Assembly: GCA_041648665.1 (NCBI GenBank)
Contig: JBAZOP010000003.1
Location: 5,082-69,081 of the forward strand
Origin: a bacterium
Lineage (GTDB): Bacteria > UBA10199 > 2-02-FULL-44-16 > JAAZCA01
Length of the DNA: 64,000 bases
Reading direction: 5' to 3'
Every line of letters begins with the position of its first letter. The first letter of the stretch is position 1. Positions 17,965 to 26,842 of this stretch are shown here, in pieces. A program made the position numbers and the translations under genes. Below the pieces are notes generated by a model. It made no database searches and was not told the origin of the DNA. It saw only the letters and a list, made by a program, of their open reading frames with translations.

Positions 17965-18291
17965 TTAGGGGGTGCCTGTTTTCCCGGAGGTTGCGGATAT
18001 CGGCCCGCACGCCGTTGGTTGATCGCCATGATCCTCGTTGATACGTCGCACGATACCTGCGAGTTGCGGATATCGGCCCGCACGCCGTTGGTTCTTGAGG
18101 CGCAGTATCCTCTTCGGGCGATAGCCGCAGCACAGATCGCACACGAGGAACGAGGGTTCCTTCACGGTCGAGCCCTTCAGATAGGGACCAGCGTAGAGCG
18201 TGGGGACGACGCGCCCGCACCACATGCACGGGCGATCGGGCACAACGTCGAAAGGTTCCCACTGCACGGGGATTTTGGGCCAGTGGCTCAT
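17965..18291 (-). CDS. possible small Zn-ribbon protein (doubtful)
   Basis: MSHWPKIPV...CMWCG...CDLCCGY. The 3' part runs through the non-coding 30-bp repeats, so the extent is uncertain. Confidence 0.2.
   Translation of the reverse strand: MSHWPKIPVQWEPFDVVPDRPCMWCGRVVPTLYAGPYLKGSTVKEPSFLVCDLCCGYRPKRILRLKNQRRAGRYPQLAGIVRRINEDHGDQPTACGPISATSGKTGTP
17991..18093 (-). promoter_or_regulatory. two further copies of the 30-bp element, 73 bp apart, upstream of gene 17275-17922
   Basis: 17991-18020 and 18064-18093 are identical copies TTGCGGATATCGGCCCGCACGCCGTTGGTT. A TTGACA hexamer lies between the repeat and the start. Confidence 0.5.
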
Positions 18292-18471
18292 GATGGGCCA
18301 GATGGTATCGCAGGGTCGTATAGTTGGCAAGGGGATGTGATGACAAATAGAGGACGCGCGGCACCAAGTGAGGGGGGGAGGACTCGGTCTGCCGCGCGCC
18401 AGATTTCGGCCCAAGGTCGCGATGCGTCTTCGTGGGCCTGAACGGTAGGGTATGCGCAACGGCCCCGCCCG

Positions 18472-18678
18472 TCAACTGTCGTCCACTTCCCACGTCCGAA
18501 CAATGGTGCTGCCGCAGGGGCAGTCCCGGTACTCCATCGCTTCGCCCCAGTCGAATACCGTGTAGCCGACCAAGTGGAGCTTCTGCCACTGGGCTTCGGT
18601 GTAGAGCTTGCCGCACGGGCACCGCTTGGGCATCGGGTCCAGGAGCTTGCCGAGGCGGATTGCGGGTGTCGTTGCCAT
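18472..18678 (-). CDS. small zinc-ribbon protein
   Basis: 68 aa with CPCG...CPCG. ATG is 6 nt after the stop of the NlpC/P60 gene. Confidence 0.5.
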   Translation of the reverse strand: MATTPAIRLGKLLDPMPKRCPCGKLYTEAQWQKLHLVGYTVFDWGEAMEYRDCPCGSTIVRTWEVDDS

Positions 18679-18684
18679 CTTCGA

Positions 18685-19257
18685 TCAGCCAAAGCGTCCG
18701 AGCGAGAACCCGGCTGTCCCCGCACGACGCCCCTCCGCGATGTCGGCAAGCGAGCAGAACCCCAGAAATCTCGTATCTACGCGGTGATCCGGGACTCGTT
18801 TGACAACCGCTCCGCGCTCCTGCGCGACCTCCGGGCTTGTCACGTCCACGTCGCCGTTCTGCGCGCCAATGCACGCTGCTCGCCCTTCGGGCGGGTACCA
18901 CTTCTCGACCAGCATGATGTGGACGGCCTTCTGTGCGCTTCCGAAGAGGGCAACGTCCCCTGGGGTGGGCTCCACAACCTGCGGAAGAGCATGCCAGATC
19001 GCGTTCGAGTTCATCTCCATCTCGAACCCGGCAGCGCGCGCGCAGTCGATGATGAGCCCCGAGCAGTCCAGGCCCCACGAGCTTACGCCCGCGTGCCCTC
19101 CGCCCCACTGGTAGAGCGTCCCAGCCTTCACATGCTCATCGGCGCGAGCAAGCATTGCCTTGCGCCACGGGGCCAGATTGGAGGCTCCCACGCGGCTCGC
19201 GTACACGATCGCTACGATGGCTGCGATGCCGAGAGCCCACGGAAGCGCGGGGTTCAT
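18685..19257 (-). CDS. NlpC/P60 (CHAP-like) cell-wall peptidase with N-terminal signal-anchor
   Basis: GLDCSGLI catalytic Cys motif with downstream His (AVHIM). N-terminal TM (WALGIAAIVAIVYA). Endolysin candidate. Confidence 0.6.
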   Translation of the reverse strand: MNPALPWALGIAAIVAIVYASRVGASNLAPWRKAMLARADEHVKAGTLYQWGGGHAGVSSWGLDCSGLIIDCARAAGFEMEMNSNAIWHALPQVVEPTPGDVALFGSAQKAVHIMLVEKWYPPEGRAACIGAQNGDVDVTSPEVAQERGAVVKRVPDHRVDTRFLGFCSLADIAEGRRAGTAGFSLGRFG

Positions 19258-19544
19258 CCTTGTCTTCCGCCTAGATACAAGTTCATGTCGCCGTGCTCAC
19301 CGTGCAGCCGGTACGGCATCTTGCCCTCCGCGATGAGCTTCATCCTCCAGATCGCCAACCACAGCAGCACGCCGACGAAGCCGACGACGACTACGCCCAC
19401 AATGGCCTTGGTCGCCGTGGAGGTCTCCTTCGCGCAACGGGGCTGGCCGTTCAGGTAGTACAAGGACTGCCCGGGTGGGCAGCTGGCCTGGGCGACCGTA
19501 GGCGGGTCCGCGCTGAGAGAGTGGGGGCGGGTAACCTGGATCAT
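19254..19544 (-). CDS. small single-TM protein (holin-like)
   Basis: 96 aa with TM (IVGVVVVGFVGVLLWLAIW). Immediately upstream of the peptidase, with start/stop overlap. Confidence 0.4.
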   Translation of the reverse strand: MIQVTRPHSLSADPPTVAQASCPPGQSLYYLNGQPRCAKETSTATKAIVGVVVVGFVGVLLWLAIWRMKLIAEGKMPYRLHGEHGDMNLYLGGRQG

Positions 19545-19567
19545 GCTGCCATCCTACCTCAACCGTC

Positions 19568-20005
19568 TCAAGCCACCAACTTGAGCCGCGCCCTGAACAG
19601 CCGGTTCTTGGTGGTCGAGTCGTTGGCCGCATCGGTCCCAAGCACGGCATCGACGATGGCGCTCCGATCCACAACGGGCATGGCGTCAACCTGCTTCAAC
19701 ACGCTAAGCAGTCTCGCCCGCGCCTCGATGAGGCTGTCGATGGTGCAGCTGGTCTCGAACTCGGGGACCACAACGGCGGCATGTCGGCAGCGGTCCCGCT
19801 TCACTTCGAGGCACTTCATGATGACGATGTGGTGCAGCCACGTGCTGACCTTGCACCTGCCATCGAAGGGAGCCGTGAGCGCCTTGATGAACGCCCACTG
19901 CACAATGTCCTCCGCATCCTCGCGGCTGGCCATGATGCGCTGCGCGGCAGCGACGAGCCGCGCCCGGTGCGCCCTGCATTCCCGATCCAACGCCTGCCTG
20001 TCCAT
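19568..20005 (-). CDS. ECF-type sigma-70 family RNA polymerase sigma factor
   Basis: Region-2-like EDAEDIVQWAFIKAL...STWLHHIVIMKCLEVKRDR and region-4-like AVLGTD...NRLFRARLKL. Preferred start is MDRQAL. Confidence 0.55.
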   Translation of the reverse strand: MDRQALDRECRAHRARLVAAAQRIMASREDAEDIVQWAFIKALTAPFDGRCKVSTWLHHIVIMKCLEVKRDRCRHAAVVVPEFETSCTIDSLIEARARLLSVLKQVDAMPVVDRSAIVDAVLGTDAANDSTTKNRLFRARLKLVA

Positions 20006-20399
20006 CGGACAACCGATGGTAAGCACGCGCCGCGCCGCTTGCAAGAGTCGCCGCGCGCATGGATACATGATCGAGCGTTCCGACGTTCCTACGATCCATA
20101 TCCTCTCATACGAGGTCGCGTCAGCGTTGTGGTAAATGCAAGCTCAACCCAAGCGCCTTCCGATCTCGCAGGCGAGGATCATGCTTTAGCGTTCTGGGTG
20201 AAGCAGAGGCTTCGATCCAACCATCCCGCTGAAGCGGCGTCCTCCCCTTCCGATGCCATCCTCTCGGAACGAGGATACACATATCACCAACTGATCCAGA
20301 TCCCGATTCGAGGAAACACCTCGGTCTCATCCAAACGTTCGTACCCTACGGGCACTCACTGGGAACACGAAGCGTTATGGCGAATCGGGAAATACGCCA

Positions 20400-21560
20400 C
20401 GACGTAAGGTAGATCCCTATTAGGCCAGAAAATGGATGGGGTCCACAAGTGAAAAGTGAACGTAGCGTGCCACGATTTCAAAATAGGTAGCATAATGTGA
20501 GCGCTATACACACAAAGCGCGCGACGGATTGGTTGATAGCTGGAAGCGTTCTAGTCGGGCTCGATCGCGATGGGATCGACGGGGCCTCGGCGCAAGGCTT
20601 CGGTCAATAGAACGGGCGCGAATTTATCGATCGCCACGTCCATCCCAATACCGATGCAGGCGTATCCAGGGAGCCATACGTCCGACTGGTTGAACCCGAA
20701 CTTGATTTGCAACTGCTTGGACGTGAGCGACTTGCAGTGGCTGATGAAGTTCAGAACGTTCGTTCCTATCGACGGAGATATGACGAGTTCGACCATGTTT
20801 CTGGTCACCGCTCCGGAATTGATGAGAACGCTGTCTGGTCTTTGTTGTCGGACGATGCTTCTGATGAGTTCCTTGTGCTCCATCTCGAAGACTGTAGGAG
20901 GCTTTGCTCGCCAGCAAATCCACAACGGGTTGTAGTAGAACGACGCTCTTTCGGAGTTGACGAGGTTCGACATGTCCGATGGATCCGGGCATCGTCGATA
21001 GAAAATCGTCCAGTCGTACGGCTCCTCTGGCGTAAATCCACTTCGTTTCAAAAGAGCAATGATCTCTGGCCCGGGAGCAAACCACTCTCCTCTGATTCTG
21101 TAGTGCGCAAAAACACGATGGAATTTGTGCTCCGTTTCAACGCCACCGGCAATGACTCCGACGACATTCAACTCCCATGGACACCCGGTCTGTATCTCGT
21201 TCTGACGGCTTTTCGCCGTTCCTGTTGTCGTCCCGATTTTGATTGGTCCACCCCCGGGAATTTGCATGAAGTAAACGCTCATAATGGCATGGTAGCCACG
21301 CATTAGGAGCATCTCAAGCTATCTCTCTCTACTCTGAGTGACACGTAACGTAGTGCCACGCATCGCCACGCATTCAACCTGATGTGCGTGATGTCACGGA
21401 CAGAAAATCATCGGTAAACAGGCTCGAAATGATTGACTGAACGGGCGTGGCTGCGTATCGTAGACGGTCCAGGCACAACGAGCGGGAGATAGTTGCAATG
21501 GCTACTGCAAGGTCAACGTGTCTCGACAGAAAGCCGCAAAAACATCCATGGGACGAGGGA
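20400..21560 (-). mobile_element. low-GC island carrying the GIY-YIG gene, flanked by direct repeats AACGTAG(C)GTGCCACG (about 20461 and about 21346)
   Basis: Base composition drops sharply relative to the flanks. A near-identical 15-16-bp direct repeat lies on both sides of the gene. Confidence 0.4.
20551..21312 (-). CDS. GIY-YIG family nuclease (T5orf172-like homing endonuclease)
   Basis: N-terminal VYFMQ...GGPIKIGTTT...RQNEIQTG...EHKFHRVFAHYRIRGEWF matches the GIY-YIG / T5orf172 pattern. The gene sits in a distinctly AT-richer island. Confidence 0.6.
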   Translation of the reverse strand: MLLMRGYHAIMSVYFMQIPGGGPIKIGTTTGTAKSRQNEIQTGCPWELNVVGVIAGGVETEHKFHRVFAHYRIRGEWFAPGPEIIALLKRSGFTPEEPYDWTIFYRRCPDPSDMSNLVNSERASFYYNPLWICWRAKPPTVFEMEHKELIRSIVRQQRPDSVLINSGAVTRNMVELVISPSIGTNVLNFISHCKSLTSKQLQIKFGFNQSDVWLPGYACIGIGMDVAIDKFAPVLLTEALRRGPVDPIAIEPD

Positions 21561-21580
21561 GGTGAGGCTCCTGCCCGTGG

Positions 21581-22663
21581 GTGGCGTCGATGACCCCCGA
21601 TCGTCTTGAGCTAGCCGTCCAGGTCATACGTCGTCTCAACCCCCATCCAGGCCGCTTCGCCTGCTACGTCCACCAGCGCAACCAGTACGTTCAGGTTCGC
21701 CGCGCCCCCACCGATCAAGAGGTGGTCGAGCACATACGCGGGCGTCGCCTGCTCGGAGCCGTGAGCGCAGACGACCAGGGGATGACGACAGCCGTGGGGC
21801 TGGATCTGGACGCACACGTGTCCGGTCAGCGCCCGTTGGCTGCGGCCAAGCGCTTCGTGCAAGCGTGTCAGGTGTTCGACATCCCGGTGCTCGTGCACAC
21901 CAGCAAGAGCGCCAAGGGCTGCCACGTCCGCACGCTGTTCAACAAGGAGACGCCCAGCTGGATGGCGCGAGCGATGTACGTCGCCCTCGCCGTCTCGTCC
22001 GACCTGAACCAGGACAGCGCCTGCGACAAGGTATGGCCACCGTCACATGGCTATGGGGTGCTCGCTCTGCCGTACCAGGGGCGGTACGCGGTGCAGAACG
22101 GCGGCACCATCGCTCTGAACCCGAACACGTGGCTCCCGTACCCGCAGGACGTGCAGCTCGACGTTGTGACCGAAGCCCGGGAGATGGACACCGACGACAT
22201 CGAGGGGGTGCTGCGCACCTTCGGTATCAACACCGAACGGCAGGCGAAGCTGCTGGCAGGAGCGGCCTTGAGCGGCCCCACGGAGCCGTCGTGCCGCGAT
22301 GGGACAGATGGCGGCGTGCAGGAGATGATCAACCACTGCGCCGCCGTGAAGCGGCTGGAGGAGGAGGCTGGGACCGTCCCGTACGTTTTCTGGTTCGGGA
22401 TGATGACCAACTTCCGCCCCTTCGCAAACGGCAGGGAGCTGTTCGAGGCGTATTGTGAGCTTGACCCAAAGCGTCACGATCCAAGGGCGCTAGACCGGAT
22501 GTGGAAGGCGATCACGGGGAGGCCTAGGATCTGCCTTCACCTTGACCCTCAGTGGACATGTCCGCTTCAGGGCAGGTGTCCCGCGAATGCCCCAGCCGGG
22601 TTGCCGTTCGCGGTCAAGAGAGCGCAGAAGAAGCGGGAGCAGGGCGACAAGAGCGAGGGGTAA
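21581..22663 (+). CDS. archaeo-eukaryotic primase (AEP) superfamily primase-polymerase
   Basis: GLDLDAH (DxD metal site) and VLVHTSKSAKGCHV (sGxGxH-like motif III). C-terminal Cys cluster CPLQGRC. GGGAGGTGAGG RBS upstream. Confidence 0.55.
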   Translation: MASMTPDRLELAVQVIRRLNPHPGRFACYVHQRNQYVQVRRAPTDQEVVEHIRGRRLLGAVSADDQGMTTAVGLDLDAHVSGQRPLAAAKRFVQACQVFDIPVLVHTSKSAKGCHVRTLFNKETPSWMARAMYVALAVSSDLNQDSACDKVWPPSHGYGVLALPYQGRYAVQNGGTIALNPNTWLPYPQDVQLDVVTEAREMDTDDIEGVLRTFGINTERQAKLLAGAALSGPTEPSCRDGTDGGVQEMINHCAAVKRLEEEAGTVPYVFWFGMMTNFRPFANGRELFEAYCELDPKRHDPRALDRMWKAITGRPRICLHLDPQWTCPLQGRCPANAPAGLPFAVKRAQKKREQGDKSEG

Positions 22664-22690
22664 TCATTCTCGGGAAGGGAGCAGGCAGAA

Positions 22691-23293
22691 ATGGCCAAAG
22701 GGAGACGTGTCAGCGCACATAGCGACACAGGCGTAGGGCACAAATCGACACAGACGGCAGAAGGTGGCTCACAAGGTGCCGAAAGTGGTGCCAAACTGTT
22801 CGATGGTCAGGCACAGTTTGTCACTGATGACATTTCTGAGCCAACAAATGAGCCACCTGTGCCTATCCAGTCGGATTCTGGTGACAATGTTGGCCAATCT
22901 GAGCCAGAAGTGACAAATGGGCCAGAATCGACTGAGCCAGTGGCACGCAGGTACAAGGACTGGGTGTCGGGTCCTCTGATTTGCCCCAAATGCGGCCTGA
23001 ACGAGCGCGCCTTCGGTATGAGGTGGTGCCGGGCCTGTAGAGCTGCTTACATGCGCGCAAACAGGCCAAAATACTCGGAATTGTCCGAAGAAGAGCGCCG
23101 ACGTAGTTGCTGTAGGTCATATACACACACGTTGATCAAGAGGGGCCAGTTGCAGAGGGAACCGTGTATTCGCTGCGGGTCTCCGTACGCGCAAGCCCAC
23201 CATCCTGACTACTCGGATCCAAGGAACATCGTTTGGATGTGCCGGGAATGTCACCTGCTTCTGCACGGAGTTTTGTTTGGAGGCCACCTATGA
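22691..23293 (+). CDS. Zn-ribbon plus HNH endonuclease
   Basis: ICPKCG...WCRACR followed by CIRCGSPYAQAHHPDYSDPRNIVWMCRECHLLLH (C-H-H-N-C-H HNH pattern). The N-terminal 100 aa are low-complexity. Confidence 0.6.
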   Translation: MAKGRRVSAHSDTGVGHKSTQTAEGGSQGAESGAKLFDGQAQFVTDDISEPTNEPPVPIQSDSGDNVGQSEPEVTNGPESTEPVARRYKDWVSGPLICPKCGLNERAFGMRWCRACRAAYMRANRPKYSELSEEERRRSCCRSYTHTLIKRGQLQREPCIRCGSPYAQAHHPDYSDPRNIVWMCRECHLLLHGVLFGGHL

Positions 23294-24714
23294 GCGCAGA
23301 CGATGCTGAATTTCCGGAGCCGGTAGACGAATCGATCAAGGAAGCAGACGAGCCGTCTCGGCGCATGCCCGGCGACGACTCGGAGGAACCTGCTGCGTTT
23401 CCGAGCCCTCGCGAGAGCAAGCGCCCGCCGCCGATGCCAGCGTTCGTGCAGGGCGTGGATGACGAGGACCGCATGGACCCGCCCGCGACGTTCGTCCCCA
23501 ACTCGGAGAAGATCCGGCAGATGGTCGAGGACAAGGCGAGCCCGGTGCGCGCGGGGGCCGACTACCCCATCGAGCGCAACTTCCCCAAGTGGAGGTCGGC
23601 CACAGACCTGAAGCGAGAGGCCAGCAAGCCCATCAACTGGCAGGTTTCCAATCTCTGGACCGAGCGGGCGAAGATTCTGCTGGCAGCAGAACAAAAGTCT
23701 GGAAAGACGTGGATCGTCTGCCATGCTGGAATATGCGTAGCAGCTGGTCGTCCGCTGTTCGGACACGACCGCTTCCGCATCCTGAAGGGAGGGCCCGTGG
23801 GCATCGTTGCGGGCGAGGACGACCCGGGCGAGATCGGGCGGCGCATGGACCGGATGTGCCGCGCCATGGGGCTTCTGATGTCGGACTTGCCGATCCACTT
23901 CCTCGAAGGCCATGGGATGCGCCTGAACCGCCAGCGGGATCAGGAGATGATGAAGTCGGCGGTGCGGTCGCTCGGCCTGAAGCTCATCATCTACGACCCG
24001 TTGGCGAGGCTCATGGACGGTGACGAGAACAGCAAGGAAGTCGTCTCGGCGCTGCTCAACCCCGCCAGCCAGCTCGCTCTGGACGAGGACGTGTCCGTGA
24101 TGGTGGTGCACCACTTGGGCAAGCAGAACAACGAGAACCCCCGCACATCCATCGCGCGCGTGCGCGGCAGCTCCGACATCACGTCGTGGTTCAGCTGCGG
24201 TCTGTTCCTGTCGGGGCAGATGCGCGGCGGCAAGCTCGACGTGGAGGTTGTACAGCGCACGAGCGGCAACGTGCCCAACGAGTTCCCGGTCCATGTCCGC
24301 GAGGACCAGGACACGAGCGTGTACGGCCTGGGGACGATGCGGCTGGAGGCAGACCTGTCCGCGCACGAGCAGGACCAACATGGGCGCAATCAGGCGTTGA
24401 TCGAGGAAGCTGCGCGTGAGATCCTCCTCCTGGTGCGAGGCAAGGCCGCTCACGGCGTGACGCTGTCCGAGATCCAGGTCCACCTGGGCTACGGGCGCGC
24501 GCTGACAAACGCGGCGGTGAAGAAGCTGGTGCGCGAGGAAGGCGCGATCGGGTTCGAGGACGCGGACGACATCCCGGAGAAGAAGGTGCTCATGCCGCGG
24601 ATGCAGCGCAGGCCAGTTGCGGAGCGGCCCGCCCCGGATCCCAAGAAGGAACGGGACGACGATGATGACGACTTCGACCCGCCCGATGGGCAGGGCGAGT
24701 TGCCGATCAACTGA
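23290..24714 (+). CDS. RecA-fold AAA_25/RepA-like ATPase (helicase or loader)
   Basis: Walker A AEQKSGKTW and Walker B LIIYDPLARLMDGDEN, with acidic N- and C-termini. ATG overlaps the HNH stop (ATGA). Confidence 0.55.
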   Translation: MSADDAEFPEPVDESIKEADEPSRRMPGDDSEEPAAFPSPRESKRPPPMPAFVQGVDDEDRMDPPATFVPNSEKIRQMVEDKASPVRAGADYPIERNFPKWRSATDLKREASKPINWQVSNLWTERAKILLAAEQKSGKTWIVCHAGICVAAGRPLFGHDRFRILKGGPVGIVAGEDDPGEIGRRMDRMCRAMGLLMSDLPIHFLEGHGMRLNRQRDQEMMKSAVRSLGLKLIIYDPLARLMDGDENSKEVVSALLNPASQLALDEDVSVMVVHHLGKQNNENPRTSIARVRGSSDITSWFSCGLFLSGQMRGGKLDVEVVQRTSGNVPNEFPVHVREDQDTSVYGLGTMRLEADLSAHEQDQHGRNQALIEEAAREILLLVRGKAAHGVTLSEIQVHLGYGRALTNAAVKKLVREEGAIGFEDADDIPEKKVLMPRMQRRPVAERPAPDPKKERDDDDDDFDPPDGQGELPIN

Positions 24715-24726
24715 GGGAGGGAAGCA

Positions 24727-25005
24727 ATGACGAAGCTGACAGACATCGAGGAACGCGTGTTGCCGGTCTCACTGGCCCAGCTGAACGGCAGGGTCACGAT
24801 AGCGATCATTCTCGCTGAGCACGAGCCCAACCCGGAGAACCAGCGACTCGCGTGGGCATCGGTCTCAGCCATCGAGGAAGAGATCGCGCTTCACAAAGAC
24901 GCGAGCGAGCAGGAGCGCAACATCGGCAGGCGCGGCGCAATCGAGGCGGCGATCAAGGCCGAATTGTACGGTCGCGCGAAGCACCTGTCGGACACGATGG
25001 GGTGA
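24727..25005 (+). CDS. hypothetical protein
   Basis: 92-aa ORF. Confidence 0.4.
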   Translation: MTKLTDIEERVLPVSLAQLNGRVTIAIILAEHEPNPENQRLAWASVSAIEEEIALHKDASEQERNIGRRGAIEAAIKAELYGRAKHLSDTMG

Positions 25006-25008
25006 AAA

Positions 25009-25293
25009 ATGTCCTGGCACTCCCCATCGAAGAAAGGCGGAAGGAAGATGGCAGACAAGCCGAAGCTCGACACGCGAGAAGCTCGACAGCTCACAAGCCG
25101 GGAGTGCTGCAAGATTCTGGGCGGCACGATCGGTGTCCTGGCGCAGATGGCGAGCCTTGAAGACGTGCGTACAGCGGTCCGGTGGTGGGCGGAGACAGAA
25201 GAGGTCTGGACTGCGTACGCGCTCGGAGCGCCCGCGGTCGATGCAGCAACTCAGGACGCCATCGCGAAGGTCCGAGGTTCCGGAGACAGCTGA
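25009..25293 (+). CDS. hypothetical protein
   Basis: 94-aa ORF. Confidence 0.4.
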   Translation: MSWHSPSKKGGRKMADKPKLDTREARQLTSRECCKILGGTIGVLAQMASLEDVRTAVRWWAETEEVWTAYALGAPAVDAATQDAIAKVRGSGDS

Positions 25294-25433
25294 TGACCCT
25301 GGAGTTCGCCAAGTTCGAGTTCAAGCTCCAGGACTTCTGGGTCGGCGTGTTCTGGAAGCGACGCGGCGAGTGGCTGGACGTGTGGATCTGTTTTCTCCCC
25401 TGCCTACCGCTTCACCTCGTCCTTCGCGTATAA
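25293..25433 (+). CDS. small hydrophobic protein (46 aa)
   Basis: ATG overlaps the upstream stop. FWVGVFWKRRGEWLDVWICFLPCL. Confidence 0.3.
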   Translation: MTLEFAKFEFKLQDFWVGVFWKRRGEWLDVWICFLPCLPLHLVLRV

Positions 25434-25440
25434 TCTCCGC

Positions 25441-25767
25441 ATGTTCATCGTCCAGCGCGACCCCTACCCTACTCGCCCGCTCTTCCACCATGCTGCGACC
25501 AGGGAGCCCGTGTTCGCCCCGAACCCGTGGTATCACCCCGGGTTGCATGGGCTCGGGCTCATGATCGTCCAGGACGACGCAGGCCGCACCACGGGCATCA
25601 TCAGGAAGTTCGAGAGCCCATACCACGCGTACCGGCACTACAACCCGGGCTTCCATGGGCTGGGCGAGATGGACACGAGCACCAAGATGCTCATCGGGTG
25701 CGGGGTCGCGCTTTGTACCTTGATTTTCGGCCTCGCTGTCATGGAAGGCGCGTACGGCAAGCGGTAG
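25441..25767 (+). CDS. small membrane protein with duplicated NPxYHPGxHGLG motif
   Basis: NPWYHPGLHGLG and YNPGFHGLG copies, with a C-terminal TM (LIGCGVALCTLIFGLAV). Confidence 0.45.
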   Translation: MFIVQRDPYPTRPLFHHAATREPVFAPNPWYHPGLHGLGLMIVQDDAGRTTGIIRKFESPYHAYRHYNPGFHGLGEMDTSTKMLIGCGVALCTLIFGLAVMEGAYGKR

Positions 25768-25805
25768 CCCGTTGACACCCGATTTCAAGATCGTATCATC
25801 TCGCA

Positions 25806-26120
25806 ATGAACTCAATCGACCGTGGCGTGCCCTGGAAAGTTGGAGAAGGACAGGCCGTCTATTACGGCTGCATGCCAGCCTATCCGCTGGAGCCCGGTAT
25901 CGGCCCGTGGCCTTCTGATGGCGATCCCGGCCCGGTCCCGCTTCCGATCAAACCGCTGAGCCCTGATGAGTTTGCCAAGATGATGGCTGCGCTCACGCCC
26001 ATCCTTGACGAGTTCGCCATCATGCGCGCGCTCGACAAGCTCGACGACGCAGCCAAGCGACGAGTGCAAGCGTGGCTCAACGCCCGTTGCGACATGACCC
26101 CGAGTGCGGTGCCACGATAG
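25806..26120 (+). CDS. hypothetical protein
   Basis: 104-aa ORF. Confidence 0.4.
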   Translation: MNSIDRGVPWKVGEGQAVYYGCMPAYPLEPGIGPWPSDGDPGPVPLPIKPLSPDEFAKMMAALTPILDEFAIMRALDKLDDAAKRRVQAWLNARCDMTPSAVPR

Positions 26121-26161
26121 GCCTTGCAACGTATCGCCGTTTCGCAGTACCCTTCCCAACC

Positions 26162-26839
26162 ATGGCCGACGAAGAACCCGCTACTTCCGTGCGAAGTGTA
26201 CTCGATGCCCTGCTCACCCATCTCCGGTTGGCGCGTGACAACAGAATACGGACTCACAAAGCGAAGCTCATGGAGGAGTTCGGAACGGCGCGCAAGCTGC
26301 TGAAGGACGCGTACAGGGACTACGACCCGCAGGACGTTCCAATCGACATGAACCGGGTGATTCGCGATCTGGAGATCGACCGGGACTCCACGCTCGATGA
26401 GGACTGCGAGCAGATCGAGTCTGAGTACCGGGTCGCCATCGCGATCCTGGGCGAGGTCGCGGACAAGCATCCGGACATCTACCAGCGCGCGGTCGAGAAG
26501 GCGTCGGCGAGCCCGCGGTCCTGGAGACATCCCGCGCGCCCGGTGCAGGTGAGGCGCACCCCGGTCAACGGGATGCCCCTTTCGATTGTGATGCACCTGA
26601 CCGCCGTTGAGCAGGCGAAGATCATCCGGGGCCTCATGGAGAACCGCGAGGGGCTGTACCTCCCCAAGCTCTGCGCGCTCACGTCCGACAAGAAGAGCCC
26701 GTTCAAGAAGAAGGCCGTGCGGCAGTTCATGGGGTTTTTGCGAGGGTCCGGGCACGTCAAGGTCGTCGGCACCGGGCGAGCCGCGCGCTACGTGGGGGCC
26801 GCGTCCCTCAAGCAGTACAAGAAACTGTCGCAGCAGTAG
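26162..26839 (+). CDS. hypothetical protein (possible wHTH at C-terminus)
   Basis: Preferred start is MADEEPATS, avoiding overlap with the upstream gene. Confidence 0.4.
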   Translation: MADEEPATSVRSVLDALLTHLRLARDNRIRTHKAKLMEEFGTARKLLKDAYRDYDPQDVPIDMNRVIRDLEIDRDSTLDEDCEQIESEYRVAIAILGEVADKHPDIYQRAVEKASASPRSWRHPARPVQVRRTPVNGMPLSIVMHLTAVEQAKIIRGLMENREGLYLPKLCALTSDKKSPFKKKAVRQFMGFLRGSGHVKVVGTGRAARYVGAASLKQYKKLSQQ

Positions 26840-26842
26840 ACC

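Noticed and set aside
20100-20550. about 450-bp non-coding stretch searched for tRNA or ncRNA
   Set aside because: I could not fold any convincing cloverleaf (no GTTC...GAAC T-arm with matching acceptor stem). It would need tRNAscan or Infernal.
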